In this document: one piece after another, positions 40,736 through 49,603 of the stretch
How the letters are laid out: each line of letters begins with the position of its first letter
Position numbering within the stretch: the first letter of the stretch is position 1
Origin: Pedobacter sp.
Lineage (GTDB): Bacteria; Desulfobacterota; Desulfuromonadia; Desulfuromonadales; Syntrophotaleaceae
Length of the DNA: 64,000 nucleotides
Reading direction: 5' to 3'
Assembly: GCA_050253415.1 (NCBI GenBank)
Contig: JBFWJC010000002.1
Coordinates: 224,001-288,000 of the forward strand
Position numbers and translations under genes: made by a program
Notes under the pieces: model-generated
Told to the model about the DNA's origin: nothing
Databases searched by the model: none
Seen by the model: the letters and a program-made list of their open reading frames with translations, nothing else

Positions 40736-42783
40736 TGCTTGCTCGATATCAACCACCACTGGCTGTTCACTTTGTTTGGCATCCATCAGACAAGGATTCA
40801 GTTGACCCAATTCTTGGGAGTGTCTTCAAGTATTTTTCGAGAGATGTTGATCGGCCGTTTTCACGGAACCTGAATATCCCCTTGTTTCTGTATAGCTCCA
40901 ACTACCCGACAATTGGGCCGAGCGATTTCCCCCAGGAGCTCGCAACGCGAAATGTCCTATTCATTTTTACTAGCATTAATACAAGAGGGTATGACTCATG
41001 GAACGACTACATTCGGAAGCTTCCGTGTTCAGACCTGTTGAGGGTTGTCCCGGTGGCCTTAAGCCATGAAGGGCTTCGGCATGGGGGGGAGGGAATTCTC
41101 AAGGGTCTCAATTTTATCCGGGCATTTGAATGGCCCGAGAAGTCTATGCCACAACATGCATTCCTCGCCATGGCGCATGAGGTTTACCGCCATGGATTTG
41201 TTGAAATCGAAGAGGGTGACAAAGGCAAGTCGTCATCCATTAAAATTTTCCTTAGCCATGCAAAAAACGGGGACACTGGTCGCCTTCATGCAGAATCCAT
41301 CAAGCGCTTTATTGAGAACACGAACATCTCTCACTTTTTTGACGCGACAGAGATATCGCCGGGGTTCAAGTTTGATGATGAGATAATTGAGCACATCAAA
41401 GAGTCAACGGTTGTGGCAATTAGTAGCGATGCCTATTCCTCTCGATATTGGTGTCAGAGAGAAATCTTGTGCGCCAAAGAGTTTCACAAGCCAATGATAG
41501 CTGTTGACTGCTTGGAGGATTATGAAGACAGGATTTTTCCAGCCGGGTCAAATGTGCCATGCGTTCATGTGTCGCCGGAATCACCAATCAGCGAATCTGA
41601 CATCTTAAGAGTTCTCACCGCTGCAATTTTGGAAACTATTCGACATCACCATGCTCTTAAGTCGCTTGAGCACTATCAGTCCAGAGGGTGGATTGGTAAT
41701 GATTGCGTCCTTGTCTCTCGGCCTCCAGAAATTCGCCAAATTCTCGCGCTGAAGGAGGGGGGGGGTAGCCAGATTTGCTACCCAGAGCCCCCGATATATT
41801 CTGAGGAAGCAGATTGGCATCGTCAGCTTGAAATTGATACTTTCACTCCGCTTTGGAGTAGGGCTGAAAATCTCTCTTTTAGAGGCTTGCGAGTCGGCAT
41901 TTCCATATCAGATGTTACTAGTGAGGGATTTAGTGATAATCATCTTCCTGCAAGTCAATCAACAAGACTGGCTCAAGATCTTGCACGACATCTTCTTGCC
42001 AGATCTGCCACGCTGATATATGGGGGTGACTTGCGCAAGAATGGGTTCACCGAATTCATTTTTGACGAAGCGATTGCGCTTAAAAGTCGTCTTGACACAG
42101 ATGGTGTTTATGTTGAGAACCACCTGGCTTGGCCGATTCACAAAGCTGATAGGGAAATGACTGCTTGGCGAGCGGATTATAGAGAGGTCATGAAAACCGT
42201 AGAGAATAGCATCCCTAGCGATATCTCTAGCAATGTCGACAAAGAAAATTATCTTTCCCCGTCAACGCCTCGGAACAAGTATTTCTGGTCTCGCTGCCTT
42301 ACGGAGATGCGGCTAAATTCTATTGATTCCTCGCATGCACGTATCTGTGTAGGTGGAAAACTATTCGGATACAACGGAAAAATGCCAGGTGTCTTGGAGG
42401 AAATTCTCATCGCAATTAGTAAGAAGAAGCCCATCTACTTGTTGGGAGCTTTTGGTGGAGTTGTTGGCGAGGTTTGCAAGGTGCTTCGTAATGAACCATA
42501 CCCAGATTCGCTAACTGAGGCATGGCAGGTCACTCATAATGCCGGCTACGTTGATCTTCAAGCGATTGCACGAGAACATGGTATGCACGCAGATTATGAA
42601 CAGGGAAAGGTAGCCCTTTCAGGTATAGAAATCCACATGCTGTCGGAAAATGCAGGTCTAGAAGAAGATACTTATTTGCGGCTGATGGAAACTCCTTTTG
42701 TAGATGAATGTATTCATCTGGTCATGCAAGGCTTGAAGAAGATCTCGTCAAAGATGAACAGAAAGGAGGGGATTGAAGCGTGA
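40735..42783 (+). CDS. TIR + SLOG (cluster-2/LD-type) fusion protein
   Basis: Central TIR IFLSHAK..FFD..YSSRYWCQRE; C-terminal SLOG VGISIS, IYGGDLR, LTEMR, ARICVGGK, MPGVLEE, KPIYLLGAFGG; TAATG coupling to the upstream gene. Confidence 0.85.
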   Translation: MLARYQPPLAVHFVWHPSDKDSVDPILGSVFKYFSRDVDRPFSRNLNIPLFLYSSNYPTIGPSDFPQELATRNVLFIFTSINTRGYDSWNDYIRKLPCSDLLRVVPVALSHEGLRHGGEGILKGLNFIRAFEWPEKSMPQHAFLAMAHEVYRHGFVEIEEGDKGKSSSIKIFLSHAKNGDTGRLHAESIKRFIENTNISHFFDATEISPGFKFDDEIIEHIKESTVVAISSDAYSSRYWCQREILCAKEFHKPMIAVDCLEDYEDRIFPAGSNVPCVHVSPESPISESDILRVLTAAILETIRHHHALKSLEHYQSRGWIGNDCVLVSRPPEIRQILALKEGGGSQICYPEPPIYSEEADWHRQLEIDTFTPLWSRAENLSFRGLRVGISISDVTSEGFSDNHLPASQSTRLAQDLARHLLARSATLIYGGDLRKNGFTEFIFDEAIALKSRLDTDGVYVENHLAWPIHKADREMTAWRADYREVMKTVENSIPSDISSNVDKENYLSPSTPRNKYFWSRCLTEMRLNSIDSSHARICVGGKLFGYNGKMPGVLEEILIAISKKKPIYLLGAFGGVVGEVCKVLRNEPYPDSLTEAWQVTHNAGYVDLQAIAREHGMHADYEQGKVALSGIEIHMLSENAGLEEDTYLRLMETPFVDECIHLVMQGLKKISSKMNRKEGIEA

Positions 42784-43130
42784 TTCCTAATGCACTGAAA
42801 GTTGGCCGGAAGAGGGGTAAATTTGGCGAGGTTATGAAAAATGCGAACTTGGCACTACGGGTCGCCCACAAAATCAAACAATTCTCAAAATGCTACATTG
42901 TAAATGATTCTGTGTAAACTGCCTGCCGATCAAAGTATCGGTATTCGATCTTTAAAAATGATCCCAATTTGATCCCGGGATGATTTCTATTTACAGATCG
43001 GCATAGTCCCTTTTTCAAGATGTTCAGCTAAAGGAAATTGTCTGTATGGCATCTGCGTTAAAATTTAGTTATCGAAGGACCAAAGGAGAGTGTGGGGGAC
43101 TGATAGCTCACATAAAGAAGGAAATTGCAG

Positions 43131-44828
43131 ATGCAAAAGAATAACGAGGGAATTTTAACGGGGAAATTATTTGTATTTGAAGGGCCAGATGGTGTTGGTA
43201 AAAGCACTTTAGTTGAGTATGTTTGCAGGGCTTTGAAGACTGATGGTGTGCAAGTTTTAACCTTGAGTTTTCCGGGCCGTTCTCGGGGATCATTAGGCGA
43301 ATTGGTTTACCGACTTCATCATGACTCTGGTCAGTTTTGTATTGATAAAATCAATAAATCAAGCCTCCAAGTGCTACATGTCGCAGCCCATATTGACTGT
43401 ATTGAAAGAGTGATTTTACCTGCTTTAAAAAGGGGGATGACTGTAGTTCTTGACAGATTTTGGTGGTCAACTGTTGTTTATGGCACAGCAACTGGAGTAC
43501 CGAAAGAAATATTAGACGCCCTTGTGCGCCTGGAGGAGGTTGCATGGGGCGGGCGTAAACCCGATATGGCTTTTTTGGTCTCAAGAGATAAGCCATTTAG
43601 GGAAGAATTATCGTTGAAAAAGTGGGAGGTAGTTTGTGATCAATATAAGAATTTGTTCGATACTCAAAAAGATATTCATCCTGCCGAGATAATTGAAAAT
43701 AATTCCTCAATTGAAAATATTTCTAACCGAATTTATGAAAAAATGATTGGTAGTAGCAAACAACATTCTTTTGATTACGGAGATATACCGAAATATATCA
43801 ATGATAGAAAAACTTCATATTTAAACTTAACTCGCAACGTAACCTGGTTGCCAACTAAGACTACAGAGGTCTTCGATACATACTGGCGCTTTGCGGCTGA
43901 GAGGCAAGACATTTTTTTCCGCAGGGTAGAAAATACAATCGGTCCTTTTACAAACGACCCAATACTTAGGATTCATAAGTTCACAAACGCTTATAGGGCC
44001 TCAGATAGGGTAAGTCAATATCTAATTAAAAATGTAATTTATAATGGAGACCAGGATCCAAAAGAAGTATTCTTTAGAACAATACTGTTTAAGTTTTTTA
44101 ATAAAATAGAGACATGGGAAAAGTTAACGAATAAAATAGGAGACATTTGCTATAAAGACTTCAATTTTAAAATGTATGATGAAGTATTAACAAAGGAAAA
44201 GATGGTAAACAGTATATACTCTGCAGCTTATATCATGTCTTCAAGTGGGAAAAATATGCCTTTCAATGTAAAGCATAGAAACCATCTAAAGCTAATTGAA
44301 AGGATGATGGCTGAGGACTTACCTCTTAAAATTTGCGACGCAAAATCTTTACAACAAGTTTTCTATTTGCTGAGAGAATATCCAATGATTGGTGATTTTT
44401 TAGCGTTTCAATACGCAATTGATCTCAATTACAGCGCAATGATTAACTTTAGTGAAATGTCTTTTGTCGTTCCTGGACCTGGTGCTAAAGATGGTATGAG
44501 GAAATGTTTTTTAGATTATGGAGGGCGATCAGAGGTTGATTTGATAAAGTGCATGGCGGACCGTCAAGAGCAAGAGTTTGAACGCTTAGGTCTTTCTTTT
44601 AAAAGCTTATGGGGACGGCCGCTTCAACTTATTGATTGTCAAAATTTGTTTTGTGAGGTTGATAAGTACGCTCGAATTGCTCACCCTGACGTTTGCGGCC
44701 TTACTGGGAGGAAAAAGATTAAACAGAAATTCAGACCGATATATAAGCCTATTGAATATTTTTTCCCCCCTAAGTGGAATATTAATGAGGCAGTTAAAAA
44801 AAGTATTAAAATATCTAAAAAAGTTTAG
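43131..44828 (+). CDS. Fusion of thymidylate kinase-like domain and aGPT-Pplase1 (5-hmdU DNA kinase-like) domain
   Basis: N: FEGPDGVGKST, LDRFWWS; C: YWRFAAERQ.IF.RR, DPIL..HKFTNAYRASDRVSQY, GDFLAFQY.IDLNY, GPGA.DG, QNLFCEVDKY. Confidence 0.88.
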   Translation: MQKNNEGILTGKLFVFEGPDGVGKSTLVEYVCRALKTDGVQVLTLSFPGRSRGSLGELVYRLHHDSGQFCIDKINKSSLQVLHVAAHIDCIERVILPALKRGMTVVLDRFWWSTVVYGTATGVPKEILDALVRLEEVAWGGRKPDMAFLVSRDKPFREELSLKKWEVVCDQYKNLFDTQKDIHPAEIIENNSSIENISNRIYEKMIGSSKQHSFDYGDIPKYINDRKTSYLNLTRNVTWLPTKTTEVFDTYWRFAAERQDIFFRRVENTIGPFTNDPILRIHKFTNAYRASDRVSQYLIKNVIYNGDQDPKEVFFRTILFKFFNKIETWEKLTNKIGDICYKDFNFKMYDEVLTKEKMVNSIYSAAYIMSSSGKNMPFNVKHRNHLKLIERMMAEDLPLKICDAKSLQQVFYLLREYPMIGDFLAFQYAIDLNYSAMINFSEMSFVVPGPGAKDGMRKCFLDYGGRSEVDLIKCMADRQEQEFERLGLSFKSLWGRPLQLIDCQNLFCEVDKYARIAHPDVCGLTGRKKIKQKFRPIYKPIEYFFPPKWNINEAVKKSIKISKKV

Positions 44829-44846
44829 GGTGAGAAAAGAGGCGAA

Positions 44847-45872
44847 ATGGAATACCACCGACCACCGTACTTTTTAAGGGAATTAAAGCTAGAAGTAACC
44901 CACGATTGCAGGTTAGACTGCATTCATTGTTCTAGCATGGCACAGAGAATAACTCACAGAGAAATTCCCCTTGAGAGGTGTAAAGAGATTCTACGTGAGG
45001 CATCAACCCTCGGTGTCGTTGATGTAGCGTTTTCTGGTGGTGAGCCGTTGTTGTGGCAGGGGCTAACCGATGTGGTATCTCTCTCCTCCCATTTAGGGAT
45101 GAATGTTTCTTTGTATACCACTGGTAATGTTGACAGTAATGAATTAATTTTTTCAAGCTTAAAGTCAGCGGGGCTTGGTCGAGTCATGTTCAGTCTTTTT
45201 GGTGAGAATGCCAAGCTGCATGAGACAGTAACAAGGGTGAAAGGAAGTTATGAAGTTACTCTGGCAGCGATCAAGAAATGTATCGATTTTGACTTTGAGG
45301 TTGAACTTCATTTTGTACCGCTATCGGATAATTATTTAAGTTTAAGGAAAATTGCAGAGTTAGGAAAAGTGCTTGGTGTGAGTCGTTTGAGTGTTCTTAG
45401 GTTAGTTCCGCAAGGGCGTTGTGAGCTAAATGGCGTCAAGGCTTTAACAAAATCTCAAAACCTTGATTTGCGGAGATTGATAATTGGGCTTCGAGATCAG
45501 GGTTACGAGATCCGCACTGGCTCCCCCTTTAATGCCTTGATGTTGAGGGAAAAGCCACAATGCTGTTCAGGGATAGACAGATTGACAGTGTCTCCAGATT
45601 TAAAAATTTCCCCATGCGACGCCTTTAAACAAGTATCCTGTCAGTCGTTGGGTGTTGGAGATGAATACTCCTCATTGAATGGCAACACGCTCACAGAGTG
45701 TTGGGAAAAATCTCCATACCTTCAGCTTATTCGTAATTATTTGACAACACCCTTTGCAAATATATGTGCTGTTTGCCCCTCATTGGAAAACTGCCTTTCT
45801 GGATGTGTTGCCCAAAAATTTCATGCTTATGGAAATTTAGCTAAATGTCCAGATCCAATGTGTTTAATGTAA
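44847..45872 (+). CDS. Radical SAM/SPASM domain protein
   Basis: CRLDCIHC, SGGEP, SPASM Cys cluster (CCSG..PC..CAVC....NCLSGC..C...C). Confidence 0.9.
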   Translation: MEYHRPPYFLRELKLEVTHDCRLDCIHCSSMAQRITHREIPLERCKEILREASTLGVVDVAFSGGEPLLWQGLTDVVSLSSHLGMNVSLYTTGNVDSNELIFSSLKSAGLGRVMFSLFGENAKLHETVTRVKGSYEVTLAAIKKCIDFDFEVELHFVPLSDNYLSLRKIAELGKVLGVSRLSVLRLVPQGRCELNGVKALTKSQNLDLRRLIIGLRDQGYEIRTGSPFNALMLREKPQCCSGIDRLTVSPDLKISPCDAFKQVSCQSLGVGDEYSSLNGNTLTECWEKSPYLQLIRNYLTTPFANICAVCPSLENCLSGCVAQKFHAYGNLAKCPDPMCLM

Positions 45873-46030
45873 TTCGCTCTTGCCTATCAACAACGGGCAC
45901 CAAGTTAAACAATCCGTTTATTCAATGAGGGGATCGGGGCCGGATCTTTTCGCGAACAATCTCAAGGATATCCATTATAAGTAAAGAAAAGCCGGAAGAC
46001 AGTCTTCCTGATTGGCTAGCTGATTAGCTA

Positions 46031-46152
46031 GGGTCGGACCAAGGTAAGCAACTGATATTCCACAGAAATCATTGAAAAACACCGCCAAAAACAGGCTTAT
46101 AAGCCCCTTTTTGGGGTCAAAATGCGCCGGTTTAAGATATTTGGGGGCAATG
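46031..46152 (+). repeat. ~120-bp direct repeat, copy 1
   Basis: Near-identical to 47347-47469. Confidence 0.9.
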
Positions 46153-46200
46153 ACGTCAGTCATTGCCCCTTTTCGACAATGAAAATATACTTTTCTTGGC

Positions 46201-46387
46201 TCAATGTCCCAAATGCGAGGAATACTTGACCAGTTTTCGAATGGATTTCAGTACGGACATTCCTTCACCAAGATCGTGCTGCAAATCCTTGCTTGCGGCA
46301 GTATGTTTTTCGATATACGGGTGGCCGGAACCATAGATTGCCTGAACCAGATCTTTGACCGCATCGCAAAACAGGGCAATGTCCCGG
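46201..46387 (-). pseudogene. 3' half of a small hypothetical gene split by the pduL insertion
   Basis: Reads RDIALFCDAVKDLVQAIYGSGHPY...LGH*; joins in frame with 47463-47639. Confidence 0.6.
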
Positions 46388-46547
46388 TTTTCCGTGCTAG
46401 GGGAGCGGCGGGGACGTTGCTCAGTTGTTGACTAAGTCTGAACGTATCCTGGATGGAATCGTCTTGCAGGAGACGGAATTGCGATAAATTTGCCCCAAAA
46501 TTCAGCAATTACCGTCGATTTGGGCCACCCTTCGTCGCACTTGACGC

Positions 46548-47159
46548 TCAATCGTTAGGATCGGGGGCGATCTCGGTGGGGCCTTTGATCAACACGCCCC
46601 ACGCTCCAGGGCTGAGATCCGCCGCGTTGGCTTCATCGGTGTCGACGTGCATATCCAGCACGTAGCTCTCTTTGACACGTACGAGCACGTCATCAAAAAT
46701 GATCCCCCGCTTGCCGCCCACACGCACCATGACCCATTGCCTATCTTTGACACCCAAGCGCTCTGCATCGGCCGGGGTCATATGGATATGTCGTGCCGCC
46801 TGGATCACACCTTTTTCAAGCACGACGACGCCTTGAGGGCCTTCGAGACGAATGCCAGGTGTATCCTCGAGCTTGCCCGAAGCGCGGATCGGTGCGTCGA
46901 CACCGAGCTTGAACTCGTCGGTGCGCGATATTTCAAGCTGCGTCTCCTGGCGCTCGGGGCCAAGGACGCGTACGCGCTCGATGCAACCTTTGGGGCCGCA
47001 GATGGTGACCGTCTCTTCGCAGGCGAATTGTCCTGGCTGACTTAATGCCTTGGCGGGCGTAAGCTGATGGCCGGAGCCAAAAAGTGCCTCGACATGTTGG
47101 CGGCAGAGATGAACGTGGCGCATGCTGGCGCTGATGGGGATGCGGAGTTCTTCACTCAT
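46548..47159 (-). CDS. pduL: Phosphate propanoyltransferase (PduL-type phosphotransacylase)
   Basis: S.RHVHL, LSQPGQFAC, RVLGPER, RHIHM, MHVDTDEANAA. Confidence 0.93.
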   Translation of the reverse strand: MSEELRIPISASMRHVHLCRQHVEALFGSGHQLTPAKALSQPGQFACEETVTICGPKGCIERVRVLGPERQETQLEISRTDEFKLGVDAPIRASGKLEDTPGIRLEGPQGVVVLEKGVIQAARHIHMTPADAERLGVKDRQWVMVRVGGKRGIIFDDVLVRVKESYVLDMHVDTDEANAADLSPGAWGVLIKGPTEIAPDPND

Positions 47160-47346
47160 CGATGGACTTTTCTCCAAGATTCGCAAAAGGTGGGGTGTTG
47201 ACTGGAAATAGCTTTGCAGGCGCCTGAAGCGGGCGGTGATCAGCGCCGACGTCTGTGCCTTCGAACTTACCATCCCCTCATTCGGCCGGTCAACAAAGAA
47301 TCCCCCGCGTATGGCTTGGACTAAGGCCAGCAAGGAAGGGGTGATT

Positions 47347-47469
47347 GGGTCTGACCAAGGTAAACAACTGATATTTCTCCGAAATTATTGAAAAACACCG
47401 CCAAAAACAGGCTTGTAAGCCCCATTTCGGGGTCAAAATGCGCCGGTTTAAGATATTTGGGTGGCAATG
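47347..47469 (+). repeat. ~120-bp direct repeat, copy 2
   Basis: Near-identical to 46031-46152. Confidence 0.9.
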
Positions 47470-47639
47470 TCCCGGCCCGCATTTCTTCCCGGGCTTTCAC
47501 AAACCATGTTGCTCTGGTCAATGAGCAAGTCGATTTTTTGAAGCATTTTGCTACCATCTATAATTGCCTCTGCACCTGTTGCAGAAAATTCGTGGCGCAG
47601 ACAACAGCAGCGATCTATTGAAAATACAGTCATTTGCAT
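47463..47639 (-). pseudogene. 5' half of the split hypothetical gene
   Basis: GGAAGGG RBS; MQMTVF...MLQKIDLLIDQ...GRDIA, ending at the 13-bp duplication. Confidence 0.55.
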
Positions 47640-47812
47640 CGTTTCCCTTCCATTGTTTTCATTTCGGTTATGCTTGCAGACTAGACCTGCTGCACCTTGG
47701 ATAGCAAATATCCCCACCATTTGACTCATTGTAAAAAAATCATTTACAATTGCCGCCTTAATGCCTACAGGTTTGGTTCACTATTTTGAACTCAATGCAC
47801 GAAATGGGGACA

Positions 47813-49276
47813 ATGAATATCTATACGATCCAGTTTGGGCTGTATCTCGTGCTGATGCTCGGTATCGGCTATTATTCCATGAAAAAGACCAGCAACAACG
47901 AGGACTTCCTTATCGGAGGGCGTACTCTCGGGCCTGTCACTACCGCCATCAGCGCCGGCGCTTCCGATATGTCCAGTTGGCTTTTGCTCGGTTTGCCTGG
48001 AGCGGTCTTTGCCAAGGGGCTTGTCGCAGGGGTATGGATATCTGCCGGCCTGGTTATCGGAGCCTATTTCAACTGGCTCATCGTCGCCGGCCGACTCAGA
48101 GCTCTGACTGAGCGACTGGATGCCGTGACCCTGCCGACCTACATCTCAAACAGATTCAATGATACATCGGGACTTTTGAAATACGTCTCCACCCTTGTCA
48201 TTCTCTTTTTCTTCACCCTGTACGTTGCCTCCGGTCTCAAAGGCGGCACTTTGCTTTTTGCTCATGCTTTCGGAGCGACAGAACAGACAGCCTTGTTAGT
48301 CACCACACTCGTGGTCGTGTCTTATACTTTCCTGGGCGGTTACATGGCAGTCTGCTGGACCGACCTGATCCAAGGCCTTCTCATGCTTATCGCGCTTGCT
48401 TTCTGTGCCGTCCTGGGATATATCGCGATATCCGGCACAGGTACCGATATCGCTGCGGTAAATCCCAAGGCATTTTCCTACACAACCTCATGGATCACAG
48501 GCGCATCACTTATGGCCTGGGGCTTCGGCTACTTCGGCCAGCCTCACATTCTGGCCAGGTTCATTGGCATCAGTTCGGTGAAAGAGGTGCCCCGTGCCCG
48601 CCGTGTGGGCATTTCCTGGATGATCATCTGCCTTCTTCTCTCAACTCTGATCGGCTTAATCGGAATCGGTTACCATCATGTTTCGCCTCTTGCAGGCATG
48701 ACAGGTCCTGGTGCCGATAAAGAGAGGATTTTTCTGGCCCTGACTACCGCCCTGTTCAACCCGGTATTCGGTGGTTTTGTTCTCGCGGCAGTGCTTGCAG
48801 CCGTCATGTCGACGGCGGATTCCCAGCTGCTTGTCCTCACATCCTCGCTGACGGAAGACCTGCCGTTTTTCCAGAGGTTGAATGATAAAACAAAAGCGTG
48901 GATCAGCAGGTTCGGCGTCGTGGGTTTTGCCCTGATCTCCTTTTTGATCGCCCTCAATGATTCCGGAACCATTCTCGCCATGGTCGGGTACGCTTGGGGA
49001 GGTTTCGGTGCCGCCTTCGGTCCCCTGATAATCCTTTCCCTTATATGGCGCGGCACAACCAAATATGGCGCCCTGGCCGGTATGATCGTGGGTGCGACCA
49101 CGATTTTTATCGTAAAGAATTATTTCAATATCGAAGGCGAATATTTCTACGAACTCCTGCCGGGTTTCATTCTGGCCTTTACCACTATTATTGTGGTCAG
49201 CCTGATAACCACGAAACCGGACGAACATACCCTGAAAAAATTCGATGAAGCCAGGCAGCTCGTCATAAACAGGTAA
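47813..49276 (+). CDS. putP: Sodium/proline symporter
   Basis: SAGASDMSSWLLLGLPG, WTDLIQG, GYFGQPHILARF, MSTADSQL, YELLPGF. Confidence 0.93.
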   Translation: MNIYTIQFGLYLVLMLGIGYYSMKKTSNNEDFLIGGRTLGPVTTAISAGASDMSSWLLLGLPGAVFAKGLVAGVWISAGLVIGAYFNWLIVAGRLRALTERLDAVTLPTYISNRFNDTSGLLKYVSTLVILFFFTLYVASGLKGGTLLFAHAFGATEQTALLVTTLVVVSYTFLGGYMAVCWTDLIQGLLMLIALAFCAVLGYIAISGTGTDIAAVNPKAFSYTTSWITGASLMAWGFGYFGQPHILARFIGISSVKEVPRARRVGISWMIICLLLSTLIGLIGIGYHHVSPLAGMTGPGADKERIFLALTTALFNPVFGGFVLAAVLAAVMSTADSQLLVLTSSLTEDLPFFQRLNDKTKAWISRFGVVGFALISFLIALNDSGTILAMVGYAWGGFGAAFGPLIILSLIWRGTTKYGALAGMIVGATTIFIVKNYFNIEGEYFYELLPGFILAFTTIIVVSLITTKPDEHTLKKFDEARQLVINR

Positions 49277-49301
49277 AAATTGGGGGCGGGGATGCCCTGA
49301 C
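49185..49301 (+). repeat. Direct repeat copy 1 (putP 3' end plus downstream bases)
   Basis: Repeated at 54553-54668 with few mismatches. Confidence 0.92.
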
Positions 49302-49603
49302 CGACCGATTATTGGACAGCAAGACCGTGGCCTGGGGAAAGATTGATATAAATCCCACGATTGTCCATACATTTGCTCAAAGTTTTCATCTGAAAACAGG
49401 CATGAAGGCCTATGTGATATTCAACGTTGATGTATATGGGATTTCATCTGCAGGTATTTGACAAAAAGTCTTCGCGTATTTTGGGACAAACGGCCATGCT
49501 GTGGGTATGCGCAAATCATGGCATCCGCTGGCTTTGTCACCGGCGGCGGAATGAACTGATTTTTTGAGATGTTGGAGCAAATTAGTGCGAAGCGTTGGAA
49601 ACC

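Noticed and set aside
46548..47159. Bacterial microcompartment locus
   Set aside because: No shell genes in the window, and this PduL has no evident encapsulation peptide.
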